Shown piece by piece: positions 51,345 to 64,000 of a stretch of 64,000 nucleotides of DNA; position 1 is the stretch's first letter, and every line of letters begins with the position of its first letter. Source of the DNA: Lama glama. Lineage: Eukaryota. A program made the position numbers and the translations under genes. The stretch spans positions 374,001-438,000 of the forward strand of contig CM052818.1 in the NCBI GenBank assembly GCA_028534125.1, given 5' to 3'. The notes under the pieces are model-generated. The model saw only the letters and a program-made list of their open reading frames with translations. It searched no databases and was not told the DNA's origin.

Positions 51345-51555
51345 CAGCAGTGTGGGACAGGGAGGGGTTTGCGTCTTAGCTCTGCTTATTAAGGACTGTG
51401 TGTCTCTGATCCAGTTACTTAACCTTCCTGGACCACAGCTTTCTCATCTGTAAATGGAGATGATATAATAATAATACCCACTTCATAGGGTTATTGACAG
51501 GGTTAAATGAAGGAATCACAGAAAGTACCACGTGCAGTGGCTTGCTTATTAAATG
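51345..51555 (+). mobile_element. MIR
   Basis: MIR core (agttacttaacc...tttctcatctgtaaatggagatgat...cttcatagggttatt). Confidence 0.8.
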
Positions 51556-52561
51556 TTGGGTTTTCGTCTTTATCTACATCAGTTGCTAAGTCTGCACTTC
51601 AGTAAGAGATTGAATTCAAAGGAAAAAAGCTGTTTAAGATAGGTAAAGTATATTTGCTTTTGGAATTTTGCTTAGATAACAGGGATTTTTATGACTTTCT
51701 TAGGAAGTTTTTTTTCCCCAAGTGGTACTCTGTGAATTAAAGTTTCAACTGTGGTAAGATTAAGCACATTTCACTTTCCCCCTCGAATCTAATGTGATAG
51801 TATTGCTTCACTCCATGCAGGTCATGGAATATTATTATTTCTTTTGGATTCACTGAAAAGTCACCAGTATGGAAAAGGGACTTAGAACCTTGTCACATAG
51901 AAGGAACTGGGTTGTTTAGGAGAGAACCCCAGAGGGGATCTGAGAATCTGTAAGTGTTGGAAGAATTGTTTTATGAAAAGCTATCAACGGTGTTTCATGT
52001 GACTCTCAGAACTAAAACTTCAGACCTTGTGGAATGACAGTTTTCAGCTGAGAGTGAGAAAGAACTTTTTGACAGATCTGGTCACGAATAGGTTAGTCTG
52101 CCTTGGAATGTAGTAAGTGTGTAGGTACCAAGATGTTGAAACGGGCTGCACAACCCCCCGCACAGCCCAGGCTTTCAGTCGTGGAGACCCCGTGTGCCAG
52201 TCAGAAGGGAGCACTCCCCGCGTGACAGTGGATGTGCTTTACTGTCTGGCTGACATAGTTACCCAAAAGCCGCAATGAGTTCAGCAGTTCTCCTAAGTAT
52301 GTATTTTATGAATGACTCCAGAATATACATTCAGTGGAGAAACAAATGAAGGTGCTTGGGCCTACATTGATTCAGTCTGCAGGTCTGGATTGGTAGAAGT
52401 AATAAGTCCCAGACCCTTTACCGTAACTGCCATTTGAGTAGCCGTCTGGCTGCCAGCCTGGGAACCACCGGCCAGAGTGAGCATTATAAGTAAGGAGTTT
52501 TCAAAGATGACCTTTCAGAACTTTCCGGGACTTTCCCTTTCTTCCTTTTTCCCTACTGCAG

Positions 52562-52618
52562 AGCTGCAGCCATGCGACTGTTGTGGACAGAGCAGTGACC
52601 ATCACAGACCTTCGATGA
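52562..52618 (+). CDS. STAMBP: STAMBP last coding exon (57 nt to TGA); total CDS 1275 nt = 424 aa
   Basis: ctgcag| SCSHATVVDRAVTITDLR*; exon lengths sum to 1275 with compatible phases. Confidence 0.98.
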   Translation, partial: SCSHATVVDRAVTITDLR

Positions 52619-53206
52619 GCTTTTGAGTCAAACACCTGCCAAGAACTATAACACCGTATCAGTGTACTGTAGCCCGTTAATTTAAACTTTCCAGAAAGCT
52701 CTGGAAGCTTGTTTAGGCAGAATAGAAAGTGAGTATCACCTGGGGGAGGACTGATTTTCTATTTCTGGTTTGAAAGGAAATACTCGAATGTGTTTTTTAG
52801 GCACGTCTGGAAAACAGCACGATCATGCTGAAGCAACTTTTCAGTCTGCCTGTAACTAAAAAATGAAGTTGAAAAAATGCTATAATGAGCACTCATATAC
52901 CCTTTGTTATAAATTCACCTGTTGTTAACATTTTTTTCTCTCAGCTATCCTTCTAATTTCTCTGCCTATTTGTTTATTGTTTACCTTTGGACTAATTAAG
53001 GGCATCTATGCAGAAATTCGGAAGCCATTTAGAAAATCTTTGGGTTTTTCTGTGGTTTGTGGCACTATTAATGAAGCTTATTACCAGGCTGAGAGACAGA
53101 CAGCTCGCTATGTCTGACCAGGTGGTGAGGCTCGAAAACCCTGAGGAATGATTTTGTCAGGAATTATTGTTATTTAACAAATATTTCAGGATATTTTTTC
53201 TTCTAC

Positions 53207-53212
53207 AATAAA
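53207..53212 (+). terminator. STAMBP proximal poly(A) signal
   Basis: AATAAA about 590 nt after the stop, followed by an (AT)n(GT)n tract at 53226-53268. Confidence 0.7.
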
Positions 53213-56200
53213 ATAACAATTAACTTATATATATATACATATGCATATATATATAGTGTGTGTGTGTGCTCTAGAATGATGTGTTGGATCAAACATGGTC
53301 TAAACAGGTTAACTAAAAGGTCTGGTTATTTGGAGAAAGGTGAGAGGGGAGTGGAATTTGAGATGTACCAGCATTGAAGGTGTGTCCCGGTTCACTCTTG
53401 ATTGTTCAGTCTTTCTCTCTGCCCGTTGCTGTCTTCCAGGGATGTGCAGTCATCTCTGTTTGTTTGGTGCTTTCTCAAGTGGGTCATCCCATTCACTTCC
53501 TTCTTGTGCCCGAAAAGCTTTCAGCTGAGGATAGTGGCACCTTTGTTCGGAGTGCCAGGTTACACTCCAGATAAAGGATTGTATTCCCATGCCACCACGC
53601 TCTACTAATTTCATCGTGTTGGCTATTCTTTTCTGACTTAGGTGACGTCCAGGAAGATGTCTGAAGCTGCAGTTGATTCTGTATTTTTTCTATGAGCTGA
53701 GCCTAGTGTTCTAAGGTGGCCTGGAAATTAATAATATTGTTTGAAGAGCAAATGCCCTGGGTAGGAGAATGATTTCTTTTTGTATCAAAATTCTTCGGGG
53801 GAAAAAAATCTGCAAATGTTTTGTTTTTAAATTTTTTGTCCTGAGTATGTTCAGTCTTTACTGCTTAGGTTAGTGGCCCGTGAACTTGGCCCCTGAAAGC
53901 ACCAGATCTCTGTATCCTTGTTCTTCTCATGGACTTAACTCCAAAGACACCAGAAGTTCTTTCTCCTGCACTTTTGGAGTCTGTGGGAACGTGGGGCTAG
54001 ATGGGTCCGGGCAAGGCAAAGGGTGCTTCCCTGTCACTGCCCTCCTTCCCCTGCTGCAGCCGGCACTGCTCCGTCTTGCCCTTAAAAGTCCTACAGTTGC
54101 CTGGCCCTGCTCTTTCCAGGAAACTCACCCCTCCTTTCCATTCTCAAGGCTACAGCCTAGTTTAGGACCTTTTTATCTCTTACTTGAACTAGTGCACTAA
54201 GGCTTTGTTTGGGTCTCTGTTTTTAGTGTTTCTTGACCCCAGTCTGTTTTGCCCACTATAGTCCGGAGAATTTTCCCCCATTACAACCATCCTCATGTTT
54301 CCTCTTGCTCAGAAACCTGCATTAGCTTTGTATTGCTTAAAGTCTAAATGTAACCTTTATTCCAAACTTTCTACATACGACCACATAAAGCTCTTACCCC
54401 TGGCTACACGTTCAAATAGCTGGGGAGCTTTTAAAAAAATGCTGGTACCCGGGCACCACCCCCCCACCCCCCAGTGAAATCCCTTTCTCTGGAATGGGAC
54501 CTCAGACATTGTTTGGGTTTTGTTTTGGTTTTGGTTTTTCTTTCAATCTGCTCGGAGTCTCAAGTGCAGCCAGGGTTGAAAACCTCTGTACTTGTCATTT
54601 ATACGTAAGAATTGTGAGCTGTCATGTCTCTGCACATCATAGACATTCAGCAAGTGTTCATTGAACCAAAGTGAACTGTATCATAGATTGCAACCACATT
54701 GATCACCTAATGTGTACCGAATGGCCACGTTGTCTTGCCTCTGCAGCTGTGCACAGGAAGTCCCAGTGAGTGGATGGGCGGGTGCAGGAAATCAGTCTGC
54801 AGAAGCCCTCTTCACACCTGTCTAGCCACAGCAGAGGCACTTTGCACAGGCCAGCTTCAGTGTCTCACTTCACCCTACCTCTGTGGAAGAGACGTGGTAT
54901 CAAGCCAGCCCGCAAGGAAGCAGAGAGACTGGGAGGCCAGTGAGAGAAAAGAAGCCAGAGGTGTAGGGAAAGGAATATTGTGAATAAAAGGGATTCAGAC
55001 CACAAAACCCAAGGAAAGACGCTGATATTGAAAGGTTAACAACTGCTCAGTGAAGAGACTGACTTCTGGGCTGCTGAACGCCTTTCCACTCTCCCAGGCC
55101 ACACAAGTGCCATGCTTGCTGGTCTGGGCTGAGTGAGGAGAGAGAAGCAGTTTCTGGTTGTATCCCAGTTGGCTTCAGAGGCACAGGCCCTCCCAAGTGC
55201 CCTGGGCCAGGTGCAGGGCCTGGTGAAGCTGCTTTGCTGGGGGCCAGGCTTGGGCTGGGTTTTTTCAGATGATTACTCTCAGGTACTCCTAGTTCAATGC
55301 CACCAGAGGAAGAAGAAACCACTGAAGCCTTTATAATGCTCTCTTGGGTACCAGATACCTTAAAAGGCAGCACGGAAGAAGCATCCCCTAGTGGGGCCCG
55401 TGTCATGGTGGATATTTGTTGCAAGAGAGGCAAGGGTTTCAACTTTCGTTTGGCACCCCAGAATTTAAAGTCATAATGCCTGTCCCCTTTGACTGTTGAT
55501 CACATCTGGGTTTCATTTACCCTAGTAGAAGGAGAAACTTTTCATGTGGGGATTAACAGGAATGGAGACGGCTAAGAGCAAAGCTTTACTGACTTGAAGA
55601 CTCAGTGAATCCTGCAACTTTGGTCTGTTTCGCATGGACTTTGAGACCAGTTTTAGGACCAGACCAGGTGTCGTTCCCTAGAAAACAGTCTGTCAGTTGG
55701 TATTGTTCCTCCCTACCCATCTCTGCCATATTTCAGTGTGTTAACCCCACCTGGATTTGGAGACAGGTTTGTTCAAGGATCTTTCAGACCTGTGAGCCCA
55801 GAGTGGAACTTCAGAGGCAAGGCTCTTTCTTCTTGTGAGGAGCTTTGCTTGGGGCACAGAGAAGGCCTGTTGGATCAGGACCACTGGAACATTCTCCTCT
55901 TGAAAGGAAGTGCCAGGTTGAACATTTAAGACTTTGCTCTGGGTCCAGCTGTTCATTCACCAGCAAGTCAGCACCCCAGACTTCTTTAAATCTATAAAAT
56001 GGGACCAGCCTAATATGCCTACCTCAAATGAGGACAGAATGAACTCCATGTGCAACTCAGAGCTATAAGATGCTGTCAATACTTCAAGTACTTGTTATTT
56101 ATATCTTTGAAAATGTTAGAGTTGAGGTGCCTTTGCTTCCACCTACCCCACCTCTGCCCCATCCAACTTCCAGCTAGAGCTTCACATCCTCAATCACTGA

Positions 56201-57589
56201 CTGGGCCCCAGCTCCAGATATCTTTTCTGGTCTGCCCTGATCTTCTGAGCTGAGAAACTGAGAGCCTCAAGAGCCAGAAGAAACATTCCAAATTTCTACT
56301 CATTTTCCCTAAGACCCAGAGCAGAGCCAGGACCTAAAGAGAGTTCACAGTCTCTCTCACCATCAGGTCCCTCCTACTCTTGTTTGAACCTCCCACTTTT
56401 GTTTTCCAACTACTTCTTGAGGTGAAAGAAGAGGAAGAGAACTTTGATCCTCTTCACAGAAGTCTTCACTCCTTCCTCCAGGGTTGAATAGTTTGTTAAC
56501 CTTTGCCTACTTGGGGTTGGAAGCAGGGCCTTACACTTACAGGATATGCCCAGAATCGTTCATTGTGCCTGTTGGATCCAGAATCCAGCCAAGTCGCACC
56601 AAATAACCATGGGCTTTCATGTCCTTTGGTGATTAATCCTGCTTTCCTTCGGGCTTGGTTCAAGTTCTGCCTCCTTCAGTGTCTTCTCAAACTGGTCAGT
56701 TTACTCTGAGGGCTTCCTTCTTTGAACTCCAGTGGCATTTATAGCCTGTTTCCCACAACTTGGAATGTGTTTTTTTGGCTGGTTTTTGTAGTGTTTTCTT
56801 ATTGTCTTCTGTGAGTCGTGTCTCTGAACGTTATGTACACTCATGTCATGTAAAGGTAGGGACCATGTTTGCTTTCTAGCACTGTGTTGAGCCTTTCAGT
56901 CAGCATGGTACTTCCTTCCTTGTTTTCGCTCAGCCCTTCCTTGGAATAGTGTCCTTAGAAGCCAGCTGGGCCTGTGCCCTAACCTCCACTTTGTGAGAAT
57001 GCCTTGACCCAGACATTGTGTCCTGGGCCTCAGCTGCCACCCCAGTGTCACCTTGTGCCAGAGGTCTGAATACAAGCAAGAGCAGAGGGAGCCAGCAGTT
57101 GAGCCCTGCTTCTGGTTGCCAGGACAGATGGTTGTCAGGAGGGGAAGACGTGCCCACAATAATGGCTGAAAGGAGAGGTCCAAGAGGTGGGAGGAAACCA
57201 AGAGACAGTGGTTACAAGATAAGTTACTACTCTCTTTATCACAGAAACCAAGGAAAGCAACAATTTTTAAAAAGGGGAGATGAATGGTACCAAATGGTTC
57301 AGGAGAGGTTTTCTGGACTAAGGACCAAGATGAGCCCATGGGATCTGGCAGTTAGCTGAGGTCTTCCCTGACAGCCCCATCTAAAACACGCCCAGCCCGT
57401 CACTCTACCACATCTCCTTCTTTACTGTGTACAGCACTGTCATTCATTAGCTAGAGTTGTCCTGTTCATTTCTAGCTTATATATCTAACGTATATTCTGA
57501 AAACAGCAACTTTTGTCTTGTTCACACTTGTATTCTCAGCTCCCAGAATAGTGCCTGACACTCAGTAAGATAGGAATAAATGCACAGAC

Positions 57590-59990
57590 TTATCCAAAGT
57601 TTGATTAATGATTTTAAAGATTGTATAATTTTAAAATTAACAAACTAATCATAGGAGGTTACTTCTTAGAACATATAAGAAAGAAAGCATGTAAGAAAAT
57701 TAAAACTACATATGTAGCCATTTGTCTTTATTTAGAGATGAATGCTACTGCAGTGTCACAAATTAAAGCTTCGAGACTGTCTACGAATTGTACACAGAAA
57801 GAAATTTAGAACCTTAAATGCTTTAATTATTTAATAAGAAGGAATCAAAAGATATGAATTAAACATTTGGATCAAATTAAAAAAAAGCATAACAGAATAT
57901 GCTAGGAAAGCCAGAAGGAAAGAAAGAAATATTGAAGCAGATATTGCTGAATTTGAAAATAGGAGATTTGGTAGATAAATTCATAATGTCTTTCTTTGAA
58001 AAAAACAATAAAGTAGTCAAAGAGGAAAAAATATACAAAAAATTAGAAACAAACCAAGGGGTACAACAGAAAGCCTTACATGTAACTAACTAGGCTAATG
58101 AACTTGCTTCTCAATGAAATATATGATTTTCTAGTAAAAAAAATTATACATGTGAATGAAATCAAAATTTGTCTTAAGTGGAAGACTTGAAAGACCAACA
58201 GTCAATGAAGAAATGGGAAAACATGTGCAGTATTATCTCCAGATGCTTTTATGAATGAGTTCTTTCAAACTTGCAACTCTCATGCCATTTTTTAATTGTG
58301 GTAAGAAAATCACATAACATAAAATTTGCCTTCTTAACCATTTTTAAGTGTACAATTCAGTAGTGTTAAGTGTACTCACATTGTGGAGAAACATATCTCC
58401 AGAACTTTTTCATCTTCCAAAACTGAAACTCTGCACCCATTAAACCACAACTCCCCTTTCCCCGCTTCCCCCAGCCCCTGGCAACCACCCTTCTATTTTC
58501 TGTCTCAATGAATTTGACTTCTTTAGATACCTCATGTAAGTGGAATCCTTTTGTCTTTTTGTGACTGGCTTATTTACTTCACTTAGCATAATGTACTCAA
58601 GTCTCATCTATGCTGTAGCATGTGTCAAAACTTCCTTCCTTTTAAAGGCTGAATAATATTCCGTTGTATGTATATACCACATTTTGTTTATCCATTAATC
58701 TGCCGATTGACACTTGGGTTGCCTCTCTTTCTCGGCTATTGTGAATAGTACTTGCGTGGACATGAGTATATAAATATCTCTTGCTGTTTTAAGTGTTGTA
58801 GAGCACAGGGAAATAAGAAAACCAACATAGTTCGTTTTTGTGAACACAACTCACTAAATTATATTCACATACATTTCACGCCAATCTCCAATACAGATAC
58901 AAATTTCCTAAATAAAAGCGTTAACAAATTCGTCAACATAGTGGAGGAATAATGTGTCATGACTGCCAGCGTTTATTGCACATCCCCGTTTAGAACCTGT
59001 CCTTGACCCCCTAGCTAGTAAGTGGTGGGCTGGGACGGCAGCCCAGGTCTGCCCAACCCTATAGCCCATGATGCATCTGGCGAGTTTGTTGAGAAGGTAA
59101 TGTTGGCCCAATAAAAGAAATCCACTAATATAATGTATCACAGAAGTAGGTCAAAAGGGGAAAAAAAAAAAAAGACCCAGGGCGCTCTCAGAGAATAAGA
59201 AAAGCATTTGAAGATGAGAATCAACATTTATTCTTTATTTTTAAAGCTCCTTTAATAGATTAGGAAAGAAAGAAGCTTCATTGTCATGATAAAATATGTC
59301 TTCTGAAACGATACCCAGCATCATTCTTAATAAAGAAATACTATTGGCAGAAACAAGACAGACCCATTTTAAATACTATTATGTAACAGTGTCCTGAAAG
59401 GATAACCTAGCCAATGTACTGAAGCAGGATAAAGAGTTTACTATCGGAAAGGAGACAGAGATTTTGGCTGAAAACTGAAGTATCTACCTAAAAACCTGAA
59501 GATAATCCTGAAAAAACGGTTAGACCTAATAAGAGAGAGCAGCACATTTGCCCACTAAAAGATAAATGTAAAACGCCTAAAACAGCTTTCCAATACAGGC
59601 AATAGCCAGTTGTGACTGGGGATGCTGGTGGAGAATCTCAGTTACCCTAGCAACCAAAACTATAAAGCACCTTGAATAAAATTAACAGGAAGTGTGCAGG
59701 ACTTACATAAAGAAAACTCAGCTTTACAGAGGGATATGAAGAAAATAAATGCAAAGACAGGTAGGCTGTATTCCATGAGGGGAAGACTTAATACTTCAAA
59801 GATGCTAACTCTCCTTTAATTAATCCGTAGATTTAAATGCACGTCTATAAAAATTTCATTTTTTTAACTTGAAAAGAGCATTCTAAAATTAATCTGGAAT
59901 AAGTGAAATAACCATTTTTAAAAATGGAAAGAAGAATGTTAGAAATTTTATTACCAGATAACTTACTATAAACTTATAAGTTAAAATAAT
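57590..59990. mobile_element. Very old plus-strand L1 remnants with an antisense L1M 3'UTR (about 58285-58780) inserted
   Basis: A-rich degraded ORF2-like sequence; antisense 3'UTR motifs (ccccagcccctggcaaccacc, aggctgaataatattcc). Confidence 0.65.
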
Positions 59991-60029
59991 AGTGTACAGG
60001 TAGAGGACTAGATTAGGAATTAGCAAGCT

Positions 60030-61312
60030 TGATTGTTCAAGGAGGCAAGGCAGTGCTGTAGACAGCACGGACTGTGTTCTGCGGCAGTTGTGCTTGGTAC
60101 GATGCCGCTGGCTTTTTTTAAGGCAAAGTGAGGCGAAGCGAGGAGACTGAGGGGTAGGAAAGCTAACTACAGGGACTGGCTGAGGAATACCTAAGAATAG
60201 TCTTACTACCTTTAGTCTAGGTGATGTTTCCACTTCTCTCATCCACCGATAACCCATTACTTTTCCAACACAAGTAACATCCTACATTCCCCCTCAGGCC
60301 CAGGAAAAGGACAGAAATAACCCTTGGGCCACTGCGGGAGTTCTTTTTTGGAGGTGCCGAAGGCCACAGAACTCCAAATGAGTGGTGTCACACTTCCAAA
60401 CCCACACCCAACCCCAGGGCAATACCACCTTCCTAAAATATATACAGATACATGTCTTCATAAAACTGTGAGAAAGAAATACAACATTTTGAAATTAATT
60501 TTCTGTAGGTGATTGATAGAATGATGGCATGATTGCTCTTGCTTTCCCCTCTATACTTTTCTGAATTTTCCAAATATTCTACAGAGAACATTGCTTTCTT
60601 TCATAATGGAGCAAAAAGGACAATACCTACTATTTTCAGAAACCAAAGCTCCACTGCCCCTTCAGTGTGGGAATCCAGCCAAGACCTTATTCTTGAACAG
60701 CATCAGTGAAAGGGCCTTAGGAACACTCTTGGGCACAGCAGCAAAGGCTTGTCATATATGGAAAGCTTCCACGAGGATGACCTCACCCCTGGAGCCCGTT
60801 CAACATAAACTCTGCTGCAAGGGCTAGCGGAGAGCTTTGGGCAAAACCTGGAGGGTGGAAAGCCGAGAGAATTGACCTAAAGAAGACAGACACTCTGGGC
60901 TGTGGCCTGAAGCGCTCCTGTGTGCCCATCGGGGCTTGTTAGCAGACCTCTGTGCTTAGTTCCTAGGGGAGGGTTCCTTCTCCCCATCTCACCTCCTCCA
61001 AGAAAGAGCTCCCACAGTGGCCCAAGGGTGATTCCTAGCTTTTTTCCTGGGCCTGAGTGAGAATGTAGGATGTTACTCGTGTTGGATAAACAGTGATGGG
61101 TTATCAGTGGGTGAAAGAAGTGAAAACATCACCTCAAGGAAGACTATTTTTAAATTTTCCTCAATTATCCCCTGCAGTTAGGTTCCCTACGCCTCTGTCT
61201 CCTGTCTTCATTTCACTTTGCCTTAAGAAAGCCAATTCCAAATACCAACGCACAATTCCATCAAAGTCCGGTTCCTACCATGCATAGCACTGACCCCCTT
61301 CCCACCTTGGAC
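60030..61312. repeat. Imperfect inverted repeat, arms about 60030-60308 and 61042-61312
   Basis: The arms translate to similar peptides on opposite strands (MGYRWMREVETSP...SLCLKK vs MGYQWVKEVKTSP...SLCLKK). Confidence 0.85.
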
Positions 61313-61569
61313 AGCGCTTGACCCCCTGTCCTCCCTACTTAAGCATCTGTGTCTATAACTTCTTTCACCCAGCTTCACATTCTACCCCTTTCCCCTGGCT
61401 TAGGAGTTTTACGCTATTTTTCTTTGAACCATGGTAGACTCAGGATAGGATCACACAGATACTTTAGTTTCCAGTCCCGGTGTTGCTCTGTAAGCACACA
61501 GCCTCCGATACGGCCTTTGTGGCTTCAGTGTGGTCTAGGAAGAGGCCATGTGATGAGAACAGAATTCTG

Positions 61570-62025
61570 TGCTGCTTTGAATTCTTTTCATTGTACTGAC
61601 AGAAAATTCAATTCAGACTGTTCAGGCACAGCGTCATCAGGGCACTCATTTTGTGTTCATCTCTTGGCTCTTACGTACTCAGTGTTCATTCAGTTAGGTT
61701 TTTCCAGTATGGTAGCTTTGACAGCTATAGGTTTATATCCTATCATCTTGGTAAATCCAGCAGGAAAAAGAGAACTTCTGTGTCCAACAGTTCCAACAAG
61801 TCCTGGAACTGAGTCATTGGGTTATGACTTTGGTCATGACTTCATCCTCATACCCATCACTGTGCCCCAGGGGATGGGATGCTCTTATTGGCCAGACCTG
61901 GGCTGTGTGTCCAAACCCATCTGAACCACATGCACTGGGTGTGGGGGAACATTCATTCTGCAAAGGAAAGTCATGATAGCATTAAGGGAAGAATGGTTGC
62001 TGGGCAGCAAAAGCAACAGATACCT
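61570..62025 (-). mobile_element. MLT1-type (MaLR) LTR remnant
   Basis: Motifs ccatcactgtgccccaggggatgggatgctc..attggccagacctggg and ggttgctgggcagcaaaa. Confidence 0.6.
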
Positions 62026-63099
62026 ATGATATGTGCCCAGGAGAAAAAGCTAGGGCCTGCCATCACCACTGTGGGCACAAAGACCCAAGATGAGCAAGCT
62101 AATGAAATACAAATGGAAACACCAGTGCTGCTGGCTTTAGATAAAAGCAGCTGGACTATGGGTTAGTAACCCTTTCACTCCCCAAAAGGTGGGTCACACT
62201 TTCAGGCCATGGATAATTCTTCTATTTAATTTGCATTTATTGAGCACCTACTGTGTGCAGAGCCCTCTTCAAAATACACAGGAAGTAAATCCTATACTCT
62301 CTGTCTCCAAGGAGGAAATAATGGAGTAAGAAAAAGAAACCATACTCCCGTGAAATAGCACAAGAGCAATTTCTTCGTAATAGATGACTGTACACAGAAT
62401 GAGCACCAGCTCTATGCAGGAGTATTGAAGGAACCCAAGTGAGGGAGAAACCCAAGTTTTCATCTTAATTTATACTCTATTTATAATAGTTCTTTTTTTT
62501 TTTGTATTTCACTTTTAATTCTTTCAACAAATATTTACTGTGTGCCTTCTAAGTGCCAAGCCCCATGTTATACTCCAGACACCTAGTTAGAAAGGTTTTC
62601 CAGGATGTGTAAAATATTTCAAAAAGAAAATAAATTGAACATAAGGACAAAGAAATATAGACTACAAGGCTACAGTAAAGTGGATCCAGTAACAGAGCAA
62701 AAAAAGCAAAACATAATCACTTACGTTCCCACCATGGGTAGGCCACGTGATGTGTAATGTCATAAATAATGTAAACACCTGTATATAAACCCAAACGGCG
62801 CACAGAGGGTTCCGTTCTTCCATATAAAGATGGCCTCTCTCTGACGCACAAGACTTAGTAAAAGTAATTCTACTGGAACGCGGAGGGTGGGGGCAGGTCG
62901 TGTAGTTCAGCTCAGATGCCTAGCTGTCTGTTAATCAGCTTAACCTACAGATGTATTTTGTCATATCTGGACTCAGATGGACTGCATGGATTCTAAACAA
63001 CTCCAGGTTTCTCTTTGGTGACATTTTAGTTAATATGTGGTGACAATGAACTTGGAATTGTGATCTTTGGCAAGTGCCTGGAATTCAGCTGCCATTCTT

Positions 63100-63233
63100 T
63101 TTTTTAATGGTGGGGAGGTAATTAGGTTTTTATTTATTTACTTATTTATTATTTTAGTGGAAGTGCTGGGGATTGAACCCAGGACCTTGTGCATGCTAAG
63201 TACACGCTCTACCACTGAGCTATGCTCTCCCCC
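63100..63233 (-). mobile_element. tRNA-derived SINE (Vic-1-like)
   Basis: Antisense SINE; TSD AGCTGCCATTCTT (63087-63099 / 63239-63251). Confidence 0.9.
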
Positions 63234-64000
63234 TGCTTAGCTGCCATTCTTCACTGGGGGCTAAGTAAGACGGTTTTTGTTTTGTTTTAATAGAGCTCAT
63301 CAAGGTGGAGTAAGAGAGCCCGCCGCCCACTTAGCACATCGATTCCCACTTTACAGCAGAAAAGAGACTTGCAGTAACCACAAAGGGCTTCTGTACAGCA
63401 AATTTGGAGAATCACACTTGGACAATGCGGTTGTCTCCTCATTTATGAACTTGGCAATAACATGGGACTGCTTACCCAGGAAATAGCCTTAGTGTTAGAT
63501 ATTTTGATCTGTAGCCCTTCTTTCTGTTGCAATTAGCTGGTAGGGTCTGTTGCATATACAGACCATTCCTTGTCCAGGAAAATAAAGCCATGTATCATCA
63601 GAGTGAAAAAGAATGTCTCCTTTTCCTTTTTTTTTTTATAGCAAGAAGCTATGCAACTAACTCATCCAAAGATAGTATCAGATTTTTTTTGAATAAGTGG
63701 AAAAATACTAGTGTCAGAACTCAGCCTGGATCAGCCCTCAGGAAAGTTGTTCCCCCCCGTTCTGGCCCGTGAAGCAGGATAGCAGTGGCGAATCAATTTG
63801 TCTGTGGCCTAGACTGAGGAAAGATCAATAAAAGTTGCAGGCAGTTTGATAATATTCCTGCCACTGTAGGCAAACATTATAGCAGTGGCCGGTGGTGGAA
63901 TTACTGCTTAAAGACCAGATGGTTCCGTATGTCAAATGCTGATCTGAGAATCCTGGATTGACATGAATTGTTAAGGAGCTGGCATAGAGTTTGGGTTAAA

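Noticed and set aside
61349..61924. 191-aa plus-strand ORF
   Set aside because: Largely overlaps an MLT1-type LTR remnant, has a non-ATG start and no recognisable domain.
53300..64000. ACTG2, expected downstream by human synteny
   Set aside because: No actin coding sequence seen; it presumably lies beyond the window.

Overview
Mammalian genomic DNA, most likely camelid (many copies of a tRNA-derived SINE resembling camelid Vic-1), syntenic with human 2p13.1. It holds the first two coding exons and CpG promoter of DUSP11 (minus strand), a complete 3-exon C2orf78 orthologue (926 aa, plus strand) and the complete STAMBP/AMSH gene (non-coding exon 1 in a CpG island, 9 coding exons, 424 aa, plus strand), plus L1, L2, MIR, MLT1, MER/Tigger/Charlie and SINE repeats. 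The main unexplained signal is a series of minus-strand segments between C2orf78 and STAMBP, bounded by canonical AG/GT splice sites, partly phase-compatible and containing stops and frameshifts. Their translations resemble RGS-domain helices by eye. I interpret this as a decayed intron-containing (unitary) pseudogene of an RGS22/RGSL1-like gene head-to-head with STAMBP, which may extend past C2orf78 to about 4 kb. Other oddities are an ORF1-only half L1 with a TSD, two L1 pieces under one TSD, an mRNA-tail retrocopy inside an L1, a 63-bp templated insertion in a MIR, an orphan CpG-rich promoter-like patch and a ~270-bp inverted repeat. Gene and repeat names come from recognition by eye, not from database searches.
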